Shown: one piece after another, positions 20,232-28,440 of the stretch
Numbering within the stretch: position 1 is the first letter of the stretch
How the letters are laid out: the number at the start of each line of letters is the position of its first letter
Assembly (NCBI GenBank): GCA_043826355.1
Contig: JBDRQI010000005.1
Coordinates: forward strand, 84,879 to 148,878
Length of the DNA: 64,000 nucleotides
DNA from: Candidatus Omnitrophota bacterium
GTDB taxonomy: Bacteria; Ratteibacteria; UBA8468; MWAK01
Direction of reading: 5' to 3'
Program-made: the position numbers and the translations under genes
The notes under the pieces: generated by a model
Database searches by the model: none
Seen by the model: the letters and a program-made list of their open reading frames with translations, nothing else
Told to the model about the DNA's origin: nothing

Positions 20232-20717
20232 TTATCGTTTCGGTTGACCGCCGCTTGCTCTACGGAAAAACTGCCTGAGTGCAAAAGCAAGTATCGCTAA
20301 AAGGGCTAATTCCGACGAAAGTTTTAATCTGCTCCGGTCAAGAATTTCGTCAACGGCATTACCGGACCTGATAATCTCTATGCGGGAGGCGTGAATTCCG
20401 GTCTGCCCGTAATGGACAGGGCAGGCGTCGTAAAAGGTCCCAGTTACCCTCACCCTGTCTCCGACAATCTTGTAACGGCCCAGGTGTTTAATCTGGTCTA
20501 AATATTCGCTGGGGGCGTAAACGCCGATGGCGCTATTGCCGTCGTTCAGGTTAACCCAGCCGTATTCCCCCCTCAACATTAAATCGCCAATCGCTTCCCC
20601 TTCGGTCACTATTACCCTGCCGTCATAAAAACGGCTCTGGGTAATAAGGTCGGAGATGGAGACGGGCGCAGGCGCAATAATGTTACCGCCGAGCGTTAAA
20701 AACCAAAGTATCAACAT
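20232..20717 (-). CDS. Membrane-anchored OB-fold-like protein at the end of the Trk operon
   Basis: GEAIGD...WVNLNDG..AIGV...GDRVRVTGTF..ACP.H.G; C-terminal TM. Confidence 0.65.
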   Translation of the reverse strand: MLILWFLTLGGNIIAPAPVSISDLITQSRFYDGRVIVTEGEAIGDLMLRGEYGWVNLNDGNSAIGVYAPSEYLDQIKHLGRYKIVGDRVRVTGTFYDACPVHYGQTGIHASRIEIIRSGNAVDEILDRSRLKLSSELALLAILAFALRQFFRRASGGQPKR

Positions 20718-20730
20718 AGTTTTGTAAAAC

Positions 20731-20799
20731 GGGATCCTTCACTTAGTTCAGGATGACAAACTCAACAAGGTGTCATTCTGAGTGTAAGCGAAGAATCTC
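20731..20799. repeat. REP-like inverted pair, GTCATYCTGAG...GAAGRATCTC family
   Basis: GGGATCCTTCACTTAGTTCAGGATGAC and GTCATTCTGAGTGTAAGCGAAGAATCTC; second pair at 62205-62274. Confidence 0.75.
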
Positions 20800-20815
20800 G
20801 TCTCTTTTAATCGCA

Positions 20816-22315
20816 TTACCTGCCTTTAGCCCAGGAAAAGAGAAATCCGAAAAGTCCGAAGAGGGCCATAAATTCAAAGCGGCCTATCCACATCTGTATC
20901 ATATAAGTTATCTTTAAAGCGGCCGGCATCGTCGTGGCGGTAATGCCGACGCTCTGGCCGACGTTGGCGGCCGCTGAGACCGATTCAAAGAGTGCGGGCA
21001 AAAACTGGTATCCGCAGAAAACGCCGACCAGGGAACCCAGCAAGTAGAGAAAAAGATAGGCCAGGAATACCAGGCCGGCGGCCGCAATCTGGTTATCTTC
21101 CAGGACCGTATCCCGGAAGTGATGAATCTTTTCAATCACTATCCCCTGTTCCGGCATCAGGAGCATCTTCATCTGGCGCCAGAAACCTTTAAAAATAATT
21201 CCGATACGCAGGGCCTTGATGGCGCCGGCCGTGGAACAGGCACAGCCGCCGATTGCCATCGCCATAATGATACCCAGCAGCGCCAACTCGTTCCAACGGG
21301 ATAATTGGCTGGAAGTCACGGTCATAAAACCGACGCCGGCGTGGCCGGAAATCACCTGGTAGAACCCGACCCGCAAAACAGACGGCAGGCTTGCAAAGAA
21401 CGGCAGCCGGACCAGACCCAGCAGGGTTATGAATAAAGTAATAATGATGGTGGAAACGTAGGTCCGGGTCTCAATGTCCCGCCACAACTCGCGGCGCCGG
21501 CCGTTCCAGACAAGATAGTGCAGGCCAAAGTTGATGGAACCCAGGAAGAAGATTATGAAGGTCGTTATTTCGTAAAATACGCTGTGGTAATAGAGAATGG
21601 ATTGACTCTGCGGGGTGAAACCGCCGGTATCCCAGCCGGCCATAAAGATGCATACCGCGTGAAAAATAGAGCGGCCCGGACCGATGCCCAGTCGTAAGCC
21701 GATGATTGTCAAGATCGCGCCTCCCAATAAAAAATAGACCAGGGTAACTAACCAGATGAACCGGGCGGTGGAAATGACGTTGGGAAGTATCTTCTCTTCC
21801 CTGGCTTCGCCCAAATACAGGGAAAAAGCGCCGCTGACCCCCCTGATGAAAAAGGCGAGCGCGATGATGACCACGCCCTGCCCGCCGATAAATTGGGTAA
21901 CGTGGCGCCAGAGGTTGTAACTGTGGGCAAGATGGTCAAGGTCCTGGGTCAAAGAGAGGCCGGTAGTGGTAAACCCGCTCATCATTTCAAAAAGGCTGTC
22001 CAGGAACGAGACATAGTGGCCGGAAAGGAAGAGCGGAATCGCCGAGAGCGCCATTGCCAAAAACCAGGAGATGCCGGCGATTAAAACCCCGTTAACCAGA
22101 GAAAGGTCTGTCTTCTTTGGCCGGAAAAAGGTTAGCAGGCAGCCCAGGGACAGAGAAATGCTGATGCCGGATATAAAATCGAGCGCCGGGTTCAATTCCC
22201 AAAAGAGAAACGCGGTGAATAAGGGCGCCAGCATCGTAATCCCCAGACCCGCGGAAATTTTGCCCAGGTAATAACCGATTACCTTAAAATCTTCTTTTTG
22301 CGGTTTCAAAAACAT
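20816..22315 (-). CDS. trkH: Trk potassium uptake membrane protein
   Basis: FEMMSGFTTTG, GGQG, TGGF, STAGAIK, FESVSAAANVG, MWIGRFE. Confidence 0.9.
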   Translation of the reverse strand: MFLKPQKEDFKVIGYYLGKISAGLGITMLAPLFTAFLFWELNPALDFISGISISLSLGCLLTFFRPKKTDLSLVNGVLIAGISWFLAMALSAIPLFLSGHYVSFLDSLFEMMSGFTTTGLSLTQDLDHLAHSYNLWRHVTQFIGGQGVVIIALAFFIRGVSGAFSLYLGEAREEKILPNVISTARFIWLVTLVYFLLGGAILTIIGLRLGIGPGRSIFHAVCIFMAGWDTGGFTPQSQSILYYHSVFYEITTFIIFFLGSINFGLHYLVWNGRRRELWRDIETRTYVSTIIITLFITLLGLVRLPFFASLPSVLRVGFYQVISGHAGVGFMTVTSSQLSRWNELALLGIIMAMAIGGCACSTAGAIKALRIGIIFKGFWRQMKMLLMPEQGIVIEKIHHFRDTVLEDNQIAAAGLVFLAYLFLYLLGSLVGVFCGYQFLPALFESVSAAANVGQSVGITATTMPAALKITYMIQMWIGRFEFMALFGLFGFLFSWAKGR

Positions 22316-22319
22316 AAAG

Positions 22320-22490
22320 TCATTTAAATTTTATCCAGTTTCCAAAAAGGGTGGCTAAAGCGATAATCAGGATAAATCCCAGGAGAAGAGCAATCGGCAG
22401 CAGCAGAGAATAACCGATGCCCAGAAGTCCGTTTCGAAAAGAAAGAATGAAGTTGCGAATATGACGCGGAAATGCAACCAGAGGTTTCAT
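22320..22490 (-). CDS. 56-aa membrane microprotein between trkA and trkH (not in ORF track)
   Basis: MKPLVAFPRHIRNFILSFRNGLLGIGYSLLLPIALLLGFILIIALATLFGNWIKFK fills the gap with 5- and 4-nt spacers. Confidence 0.6.
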   Translation of the reverse strand: MKPLVAFPRHIRNFILSFRNGLLGIGYSLLLPIALLLGFILIIALATLFGNWIKFK

Positions 22491-22495
22491 AAATT

Positions 22496-23158
22496 TTAAA
22501 TTTCAGGCAGGAAAATCTGCAAAACCGCGTTCTCCTCACCGATTCGCGTCAAAGCCACGATTTCGTCCTGGGGTTTGAAAACGGTGTCTCCGTGCGGAAT
22601 GAAAACACCGTCTCCCCGCACAATGGCCACCAACACCGACTCTACCGGCAGGATAACTTCGGAAACCTTTTTGGAAATTATCGGAGACTCGGCCGGAAGG
22701 TCAAACCGGACCAGCGCTAATTTTCCCTTGCGAAAGGTCACCAGGTTTACGAAATCGGAAAGAGATACTTCTTCTTCAATGACGCGCGCCAGGATGCCGG
22801 TGCTGTCAATCGGCACATCCACGCCTAATTCATTGAAGATGTGCTCATTGCGGCTGTCGTTCACCCGGGCTACGGTCCGGTCAATATGGAAAACCTCCTT
22901 GGCTAACTGACAGATAACCAGGTTATCCTCGTCGCTGCCGGTAACCGCGGCCAGAACATCGGCGCGCTCAATGCCGGCCGCTTGCAGGGTGGAAATTTCA
23001 CATCCGTCGCCGTTCACAACCAGGATATCAAGCTCCTGGCCGATACGGTCGCACACGGCGCGGTCTTTCTCCACCAGGGCAATCATGTGCTTATCCCCGA
23101 AGAGGCGGTGCGCAAGATAATGCCCTACGTTTCCGGCGCCGACAATAATTACGTACAT
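22496..23158 (-). CDS. trkA: TrkA (RCK N+C domains)
   Basis: IIVGAGNVG, GDGCE, AVTGSDEDN, TrkA-C domain. Confidence 0.9.
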   Translation of the reverse strand: MYVIIVGAGNVGHYLAHRLFGDKHMIALVEKDRAVCDRIGQELDILVVNGDGCEISTLQAAGIERADVLAAVTGSDEDNLVICQLAKEVFHIDRTVARVNDSRNEHIFNELGVDVPIDSTGILARVIEEEVSLSDFVNLVTFRKGKLALVRFDLPAESPIISKKVSEVILPVESVLVAIVRGDGVFIPHGDTVFKPQDEIVALTRIGEENAVLQIFLPEI

Positions 23159-23161
23159 ATT

Positions 23162-23566
23162 TTATCCTTTCGTAAAGACCTTTTTTTTGAGAGCATCCAC
23201 CACCAATTGGGTTTCGCTGATGATATCCACGCCCATCTTCTGGTAAGTTGCCGCCCGGGCCGGGTCGTAAATCCGGGCAAAGACCTTCTCCAGATTAAAT
23301 AACTTCCTGGCAACCTGGGCGCAGACAATATTGGCGTTATCGCTGTCGGTAACCGCCAGGAGGACGTCAGCGCGGCCAATACCGGCCTCTTTAAGAACCT
23401 CCGGTGCAAAACCGTTTCCGACTATCGTAATACCGGAAAAAGACCGGCCCAGTTCTTTCAGATTTTCCCGGCTCCGGTCAACCACCACTACGTTGTGACC
23501 TTCGCTTTCCAGCAATTGAGCGATTGTAACTCCCACCCGGCTGCATCCCACGACAATAATATACAT
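23162..23566 (-). CDS. TrkA-N-only RCK protein
   Basis: IVVGCSRVG, AVTDSDNAN, ARIYDP. Confidence 0.85.
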   Translation of the reverse strand: MYIIVVGCSRVGVTIAQLLESEGHNVVVVDRSRENLKELGRSFSGITIVGNGFAPEVLKEAGIGRADVLLAVTDSDNANIVCAQVARKLFNLEKVFARIYDPARAATYQKMGVDIISETQLVVDALKKKVFTKG

Positions 23567-23576
23567 AATTATTTTC

Positions 23577-23608
23577 TGTCATTCCCGCATGCATTAAGCG
23601 GGAATCTC
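23577..23608. repeat. GTCATTCCCGC...GCGGGAATC palindromic element (intergenic copy)
   Basis: TGTCATTCCCGCATGCATTAAGCGGGAATCTC; relatives at 15659, 38607, 44935 and 51700. Confidence 0.8.
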
Positions 23609-23617
23609 TAATTTAGG

Positions 23618-24010
23618 CTATTTTATCATTAAATACCTTTTCATCCCTTCCAGTTTCTTCGAACCGACCCCCTTAACTTTCAACAGGTCTTCCACCTGCA
23701 AAAATTGCTCGCCGGCCCTGTATTCTATTATTCTCCCGGCCAGTTCCGGACCGATGCCCGGTAAAACATCCAGCTCTTCCGGGGAGGCGGTGTTCGGGTC
23801 AATCCGGGCCCGAACTAAACGTGTTTTTAAATCATTTCTTTCTGCCGCTGCTGCTACCCGATGAGCCTGCTCCAGGGTCTGGCTATCTGAAGCGCGATAA
23901 TGATAACTCACCTCCGCGGTTTTTTTGTATAGAGCCACCGCCTGACTGAGCAAAACACTTCCCACTACAAAAAGAATACCGAACCGTTCCGTCTTTGTCA
24001 GCGATATCAC
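23618..24010 (-). CDS. comEA: ComEA-like helix-hairpin-helix DNA-binding protein
   Basis: N-terminal TM; IDPNTAS.EEL..LPGIGP.LA.RI...DLLKVKGVG; GTG start at 24010 inferred. Confidence 0.8.
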   Translation of the reverse strand: MISLTKTERFGILFVVGSVLLSQAVALYKKTAEVSYHYRASDSQTLEQAHRVAAAAERNDLKTRLVRARIDPNTASPEELDVLPGIGPELAGRIIEYRAGEQFLQVEDLLKVKGVGSKKLEGMKRYLMIK

Positions 24011-24036
24011 GTTTTTTTGTTTTTGACTAAAGCGAA

Positions 24037-24202
24037 GGTGTTTGGTTAAGCAAAACTTCACGGAGTGACAAAAATAAAACAAGCAAAACGAGGGAATGAG
24101 TATCCGGGGCGCGCCTTGTTTTACAGGCAAGGACACGGAGAACCTCGTTCCCGAGTTGCGTAGTTTTATCTGTCACGTAGGGCGTTTTGCGAACCAAACA
24201 CC
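24037..24202 (-). ncRNA. ~166-nt rod-shaped structured RNA, candidate 6S RNA
   Basis: Nested complementary blocks GGTGTTTGGTT/AACCAAACACC, GCAAAAC/GTTTTGC, GTGACAGATAAAAC/GTTTTATTTTTGTCAC, GGGAACGAG/CTCATTCCC, CCTTG/CAAGG; starts 4 nt after tRNA-Arg. Confidence 0.5.
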
Positions 24203-24206
24203 CGAG

Positions 24207-24280
<74 letters not shown>

Positions 24281-24293
24281 AACCTCCTGCTTT

Positions 24294-24788
24294 CTAAAAT
24301 CTTTCCCAGTGCAAAACTTCGGAAAGCGGCCTCTTGGCCGGGTTGGGTAAATCCCCTTTCGGATAACCAATGGCAATCAGGCTGATTAATTTATAACCGC
24401 TGGGCACGCTCAGGAAACTTAAAACCTTATCCGCGTATGGTTTTTTATCCCCGGCAACCCAACAGGAGCCCAGACCCAGTTCCGTGGCGGCCAGCAGGAT
24501 ATTTTCGGTTGCAGCCGAACCATCCTCCAAGTAATATTTGGTCTCTTTGGCGACCACCGCAATACAGGCGCCGGCATCCTTGATAAACTTTCCGTGGTCG
24601 GTAATATCAGCCAGTTCTTTCCTTCTTGCCGGGTCAACAATGACGATAAATTCCCAGGGTTGGATATTGATGGCCGTTGCCGCCAGCCTCCCGGCATCAA
24701 CAATCTTTTCCAGCAGATTCCTGGCTACCGGGTCCGGACGATAGTTCCGTACGCTTCTCCGTTTTTCGATTAACTCCAACCCGTTCAT
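24294..24788 (-). CDS. Nitroreductase-family protein
   Basis: RRSVRNY, NIQPWEFIV, ENILLAATELGLGSCWV, IAIGYP. Confidence 0.9.
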   Translation of the reverse strand: MNGLELIEKRRSVRNYRPDPVARNLLEKIVDAGRLAATAINIQPWEFIVIVDPARRKELADITDHGKFIKDAGACIAVVAKETKYYLEDGSAATENILLAATELGLGSCWVAGDKKPYADKVLSFLSVPSGYKLISLIAIGYPKGDLPNPAKRPLSEVLHWERF

Positions 24789-24816
24789 TTTTTGCCTTTA
24801 AGAGTTTAAAATAATA

Positions 24817-24868
24817 ATTTTATCCTTTTTCGGGTGATTTGGCAAGAAACAACACCGTGTTGTATAAT
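24817..24868. promoter_or_regulatory. Overlapping divergent sigma70 promoters (nitroreductase / leuD)
   Basis: Minus strand TTGCCA-17-TAAAAT; plus strand TTGGCA-18-TATAAT. Confidence 0.5.
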
Positions 24869-24894
24869 TTAAAGTTAAAGATACGGAGGAACTT

Positions 24895-25392
24895 ATGGTT
24901 TTAAAAGGAAGGGCGCATATTCTTGGCGATGACATCAACACCGATTATATCATATCCGGAAGATACAAGTTTAAGACACTGGATAAGAAAGAACTGGCCA
25001 GCCATCTTCTTGAAGATTTAGACCCGGAATTCGTAAAAAAAATTGCCCCGGGAGATATCATTATAGCCGGTAAAAATTTTGGGTGCGGAAGCAGCCGAGA
25101 ACAGGCACCGCTAGCAATCCAATATGCCGGTGTCGCCGCCGTCTGCGCGCAAACTTTTGCCCGGATCTTTTTCCGGAACAGCATTAACGTTGGCCTACCA
25201 CTAATTGAATGCGATACTTCCGGAATCGAGGAAGGCGACAAAATCGAACTCAATTTCGGCGGAGGTAAACTGGTCAACATCACCCAAAAAACAACCATTT
25301 GCTTTAAACCTCTCCCGAAAATAATGCTTTCCATACTTTCCGAGGGAGGCCTGGTTCCCTATTTCCAGAAAAACCGTCAATTTCAACTCTAG
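24895..25392 (+). CDS. leuD: 3-isopropylmalate dehydratase/homoaconitase small subunit
   Basis: GDDINTDYII, NFGCGSSREQAP, FARIFFRNSINVGLP. Confidence 0.88.
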   Translation: MVLKGRAHILGDDINTDYIISGRYKFKTLDKKELASHLLEDLDPEFVKKIAPGDIIIAGKNFGCGSSREQAPLAIQYAGVAAVCAQTFARIFFRNSINVGLPLIECDTSGIEEGDKIELNFGGGKLVNITQKTTICFKPLPKIMLSILSEGGLVPYFQKNRQFQL

Positions 25393-25398
25393 AATATT

Positions 25399-25473
25399 TC
25401 CGGCGTAGCGCAACGGTAGCGCGGCTGGCTGTTAACCAGTAGGTTGTAGGTTCGAATCCTACCGCCGGAGCCA
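25399..25473 (+). tRNA. tRNA-Asn(GTT)
   Basis: TCCGGCG acceptor stem, CTGTTAA anticodon loop, GGTTCGAATCC T arm, encoded CCA. Confidence 0.96.
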
Positions 25474-25555
25474 CGTAAAATCCGCCTTCGGCGGATCACG
25501 TGGTCCCGTGATGATTCGCAGAATCATTTTACGGGACAATATATCAATTACAAGT

Positions 25556-25831
25556 ATGTATTATGTTTATATTCTGCGTAGCCTGAAAGATAACCGGTTT
25601 TACACCGGTTACACGGAAAACATCCAAAGAAGATTCAAGGAACACAATGCAGGTCAAGAAAAATCCACCAAATATCGCCTGCCTTTTGTCTTGGTCTATT
25701 TTGAAGCCTACACAGATAAACGGGATGCTCTCGGTAGAGAGGAATTCCTGAAAAGCGGTTCAGGTAAGAGATATTTGAAAAAACAACTCAAGAATTATCT
25801 GACTGAAAACGATGGGCTGAATTTAATATAG
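25556..25831 (+). CDS. Stand-alone GIY-YIG nuclease
   Basis: YYVYIL...FYTGYT.N...R..EHN.G...STK.R.P..LVYFE....DAL.RE..LKSG.G. Confidence 0.9.
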   Translation: MYYVYILRSLKDNRFYTGYTENIQRRFKEHNAGQEKSTKYRLPFVLVYFEAYTDKRDALGREEFLKSGSGKRYLKKQLKNYLTENDGLNLI

Positions 25832-25848
25832 TGAAAACCGAGCGGTAC

Positions 25849-25867
25849 CGAATCCTACCTCCGGAGC
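25849..25867 (+). repeat. Duplicated 3' end of tRNA-Asn (att-like)
   Basis: CGAATCCTACCTCCGGAGC vs tRNA 25453-25471 CGAATCCTACCGCCGGAGC (18/19). Confidence 0.8.
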
Positions 25868-26893
25868 AAGCCCAATAACCGCACTATTCCTACGTTTATG
25901 ATTGTACCCTGGTAGGACGTTCGAACCTTTTTCTAAAAACCCAAACTAAAATAGACCTATCCCAATTTTAAAATTGACTTTTCTTTGCGTAAGTAATAGA
26001 GTATCTATTATAAATAGAGGTGTAAAATGTTTAAAAAAACAGGATTCACCCTTATCGAACTCCTCGTCGTAATGGCAATTATATCAATTCTTGCCGCAAT
26101 GCTACTGCCGGCTTTAAGTAGCGCCAGGGAAAGTGCAAGACGAGTAAATTGTATTTTGGTAATTTGAAACAAATCGGCTTGGCGGTAGCGATGCGCGGAC
26201 AAGATGGCGTGGACTCACCTTCAAACCCTTTTGATTTTGCGACACCGTTTATAAGAATCGGCGCAGACCAATATACAGGACTTGGCCGTTTATATCCAAA
26301 CCGTACCAGCAATATAAGAATATTCAGCTGTCCTGGAAGTACCAAAGCAAAACCCGATGATGTTCAAAAAGCGCTTGATGGAACCGGAGATGTGGTTGGA
26401 AACTATAATTATCGAATAAAAACCGGTGGAACTACGCCACTTCCTACATTAGTTATTGCGATGAGTTATAATTGTAAAAGCCAAAACAGATATGACCATA
26501 CGGGAAAATGGGTATCCCTGTTATATTATGACGGAAGCGCGAGAGGCGTAAATAATTCTGACGGAAAATTGACAAACTTATCCGATACAGATGAGGAGTT
26601 TGAAAGAACTTTTTTAGAGGCGGGTACAAAGTAAAATGTCAATATTATGCGTTCAATCTATATTCCCTGTGTCGCCGAAACTATCAAAAACAGAGATACA
26701 GTGAGTGGCACGGTAGGATAAACTTTTACAATTAAGCCAAGCTGGCTTGCAGCGCCAAATCTGGTATGTAAATCGCCTCGTTTGACCGTTGAAGTATGGT
26801 TCTAACGTTGTCCACGATGCGGAGCTTTTAAGCCCAAGAACCGCACTATTACTACGTTTCTTATTGTACCCCAGGTAAGATGTTCGAACCTTT
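25868..26893 (+). repeat. 63/64-bp direct repeats flanking the prepilin-like gene
   Basis: Copies at 25868-25930 and 26830-26893; 7 mismatches and 1 gap. Confidence 0.8.
26027..26634 (+). pseudogene. Prepilin-type N-terminal / H-X9-DG-like protein (DUF1559-like), frameshifted
   Basis: [42 protein letters not shown] stops at 26167; GNLKQIGLA...H..W..LYYDG continues in another frame; removing 2 T from TGTATTTTGGTAAT restores CIGNLKQ. Confidence 0.8.
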
Positions 26894-27055
26894 CTGCCTT
26901 TCTGTTAAAAATTACCTTATGGCGGTTAAACCGGGTCAAGTTCTACCCTCAAACAGTACGGTTTTCGGAGAGAAGATCAAAAATACTCCCATAAATTACT
27001 TTGGCGAGACTTTTAAAAAAAATAAAAATAATTTATAATTAACATACACAACTAT

Positions 27056-27219
27056 ATGGAAAAAACATGTAAAAATTGTCAGAGTTGCGGAATACCGACA
27101 AAAAAGACCCGGAAGGCGGCGGAACAAATACCGAAGGAACAAAATCGGAAATGTATTGCAGTTATTGTTATCAAAAAAGAGCTTTTACAAGGAATTGCAC
27201 GGTAGAACAAATGCAGTAA
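27056..27219 (+). pseudogene. Zinc-ribbon-domain protein relic
   Basis: MEKTCKNCQSCGIP, a frameshift, then GGTNTEGTKSEMYCSYCYQ; premature stop. Confidence 0.7.
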
Positions 27220-27280
27220 CCCGGTGGGTAATTAGAATTGTCGCCGTTGGGTAAATAATTGACGTTAATCATAAATCACT

Positions 27281-27676
27281 ATGAACACATACAACTGGTA
27301 CTCACAAATTATCAGACCTTCATGGTCGCCACCGTCTTGGCTCTTTGGGCCAGTTTGGACGCTCCTATATATATTGATTGCTGTTTCGTTTGGCAAGGTT
27401 TTTTTGATGGTGTGGAAAAAAGAGATTGCGTTTCTGGTTGCTTTGCCATTTATTCTTAATCTCGTTTTCAACCTTTCTTTTACGCCTTTGCAATTCGGGC
27501 TGAGAAACAATCTCCTTGCGGCGATTGATATTTTATTGGTGCTGGGCACGCTCATCTGGGCAATGGTAGCTATTTATCCTCACGCGCGCTGGATTGCATA
27601 CATCCAAATTCCGTATTTGCTTTGGGTATCGTTTGCGACAGTTTTACAATTAACCATTACATATCTTAATCGTTAG
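27281..27676 (+). CDS. tspO: TspO/MBR tryptophan-rich sensory protein
   Basis: WY..I.RPSWSPP.WLFGPVWT.LY, PYLLWVSFA. Confidence 0.9.
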   Translation: MNTYNWYSQIIRPSWSPPSWLFGPVWTLLYILIAVSFGKVFLMVWKKEIAFLVALPFILNLVFNLSFTPLQFGLRNNLLAAIDILLVLGTLIWAMVAIYPHARWIAYIQIPYLLWVSFATVLQLTITYLNR

Positions 27677-27680
27677 CTTT

Positions 27681-28022
27681 ATGCGCATATGGGATATTCA
27701 TCCAAAACATTTGTGCCGAAAGCATTTGCTGGCAGAACATAGAGAGCTCCACGGTCTTTGGAACATCTTAACCAAACACAAAAGTAAAGGTGGATATTCA
27801 CGACACCCGGAAACCCTGCGCTGGGTAGATAAACAGAAGGCGCTTTATTTAAGGCACGAAAAGCTAATAGAAGAGTTTAAACAACGTGGATACAAACACT
27901 ATTCTCCGCTCAATAAACGCTTTGCCACAGGATCGGGAAGTCAAAAGATTTTCATCAATATGATAAAAGAACAAAAAATCATATTGAAAAATAAGCCATG
28001 CGAGTGTTTTTCGCATCTTTAA
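27681..28022 (+). CDS. Pyrimidine-dimer DNA glycosylase / endonuclease V family
   Basis: MRIWDIHP..LCRKHLLAEHRELH, HPETLRW, E...RGY.H. Confidence 0.8.
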   Translation: MRIWDIHPKHLCRKHLLAEHRELHGLWNILTKHKSKGGYSRHPETLRWVDKQKALYLRHEKLIEEFKQRGYKHYSPLNKRFATGSGSQKIFINMIKEQKIILKNKPCECFSHL

Positions 28023-28082
28023 AAAGCAGCGCACCAACTTTGCCGGTACGAAATTCAGCTTCTGTATTTTCGCTAAAAAAGT

Positions 28083-28185
28083 CCGGACCGGCCAGAAGAA
28101 ATACCAAAGCCACCCCCGGACTCATGCCTTTTGCAATTAAAGCCGCTGCTATGGGAGTTGATGCGCTTGCGCAGATATAAATTGG
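28083..28185 (-). pseudogene. Fragment of a DUF318/ArsP-type permease
   Basis: YICASASTPIAAALIAKGMSPGVALVFLLAGP with no N- or C-terminus. Confidence 0.7.
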
Positions 28186-28358
28186 ATACGCCGGTGCTCT
28201 ACCGGGACGAACCGGTGGAAAAGGCGATTGAGACCTTCCGGGGGAGCAGTTATCACGCTTTCCCGATCCTGGAAGCAACTGAGGAGGGCGATCTTTACGT
28301 TGGCCTGGTTCTCCTGAAAGACATCCTGCCGGACCTGCCGGTCCGGTCAAAAGCCTGA
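28185..28358 (+). pseudogene. CBS-domain fragment
   Basis: PVLYRDEPVEKAIE.F....YHAFPIL......YVGLV...DIL. Confidence 0.55.
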
Positions 28359-28440
28359 TACCCGACAAAACAAAAATCCTACCAGTCTGTATCGGTTGAA
28401 GTTAACATATGGTTTGCGTTCGGGTGATCGTAGAAATGGT

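Larger units (their letters stand above)
16376..20265. mobile_element. pyk + P-type ATPase block bounded by 27-bp direct repeats
   Basis: TTCGGTTGACCGCCGC(C/T)TGCTCTACGG at 16376-16402 and 20239-20265 (26/27 identical). Confidence 0.65.

Noticed and set aside
24895..25392. leuD without leuC as an anomaly
   Set aside because: Split leuC/leuD loci are common; the partner may lie outside the window
26640..26830. Possible serine recombinase C-terminal relic
   Set aside because: Only a weak DVRTF-like hint with stop codons; not supportable without a search
25868..28022. Integron cassette array
   Set aside because: No intI, and the repeats lack attC RYYYAAC/GTTRRRY architecture
27979..28368. 129-aa ORF as a real gene
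   Set aside because: Chimera of a permease fragment and antisense CBS sequence
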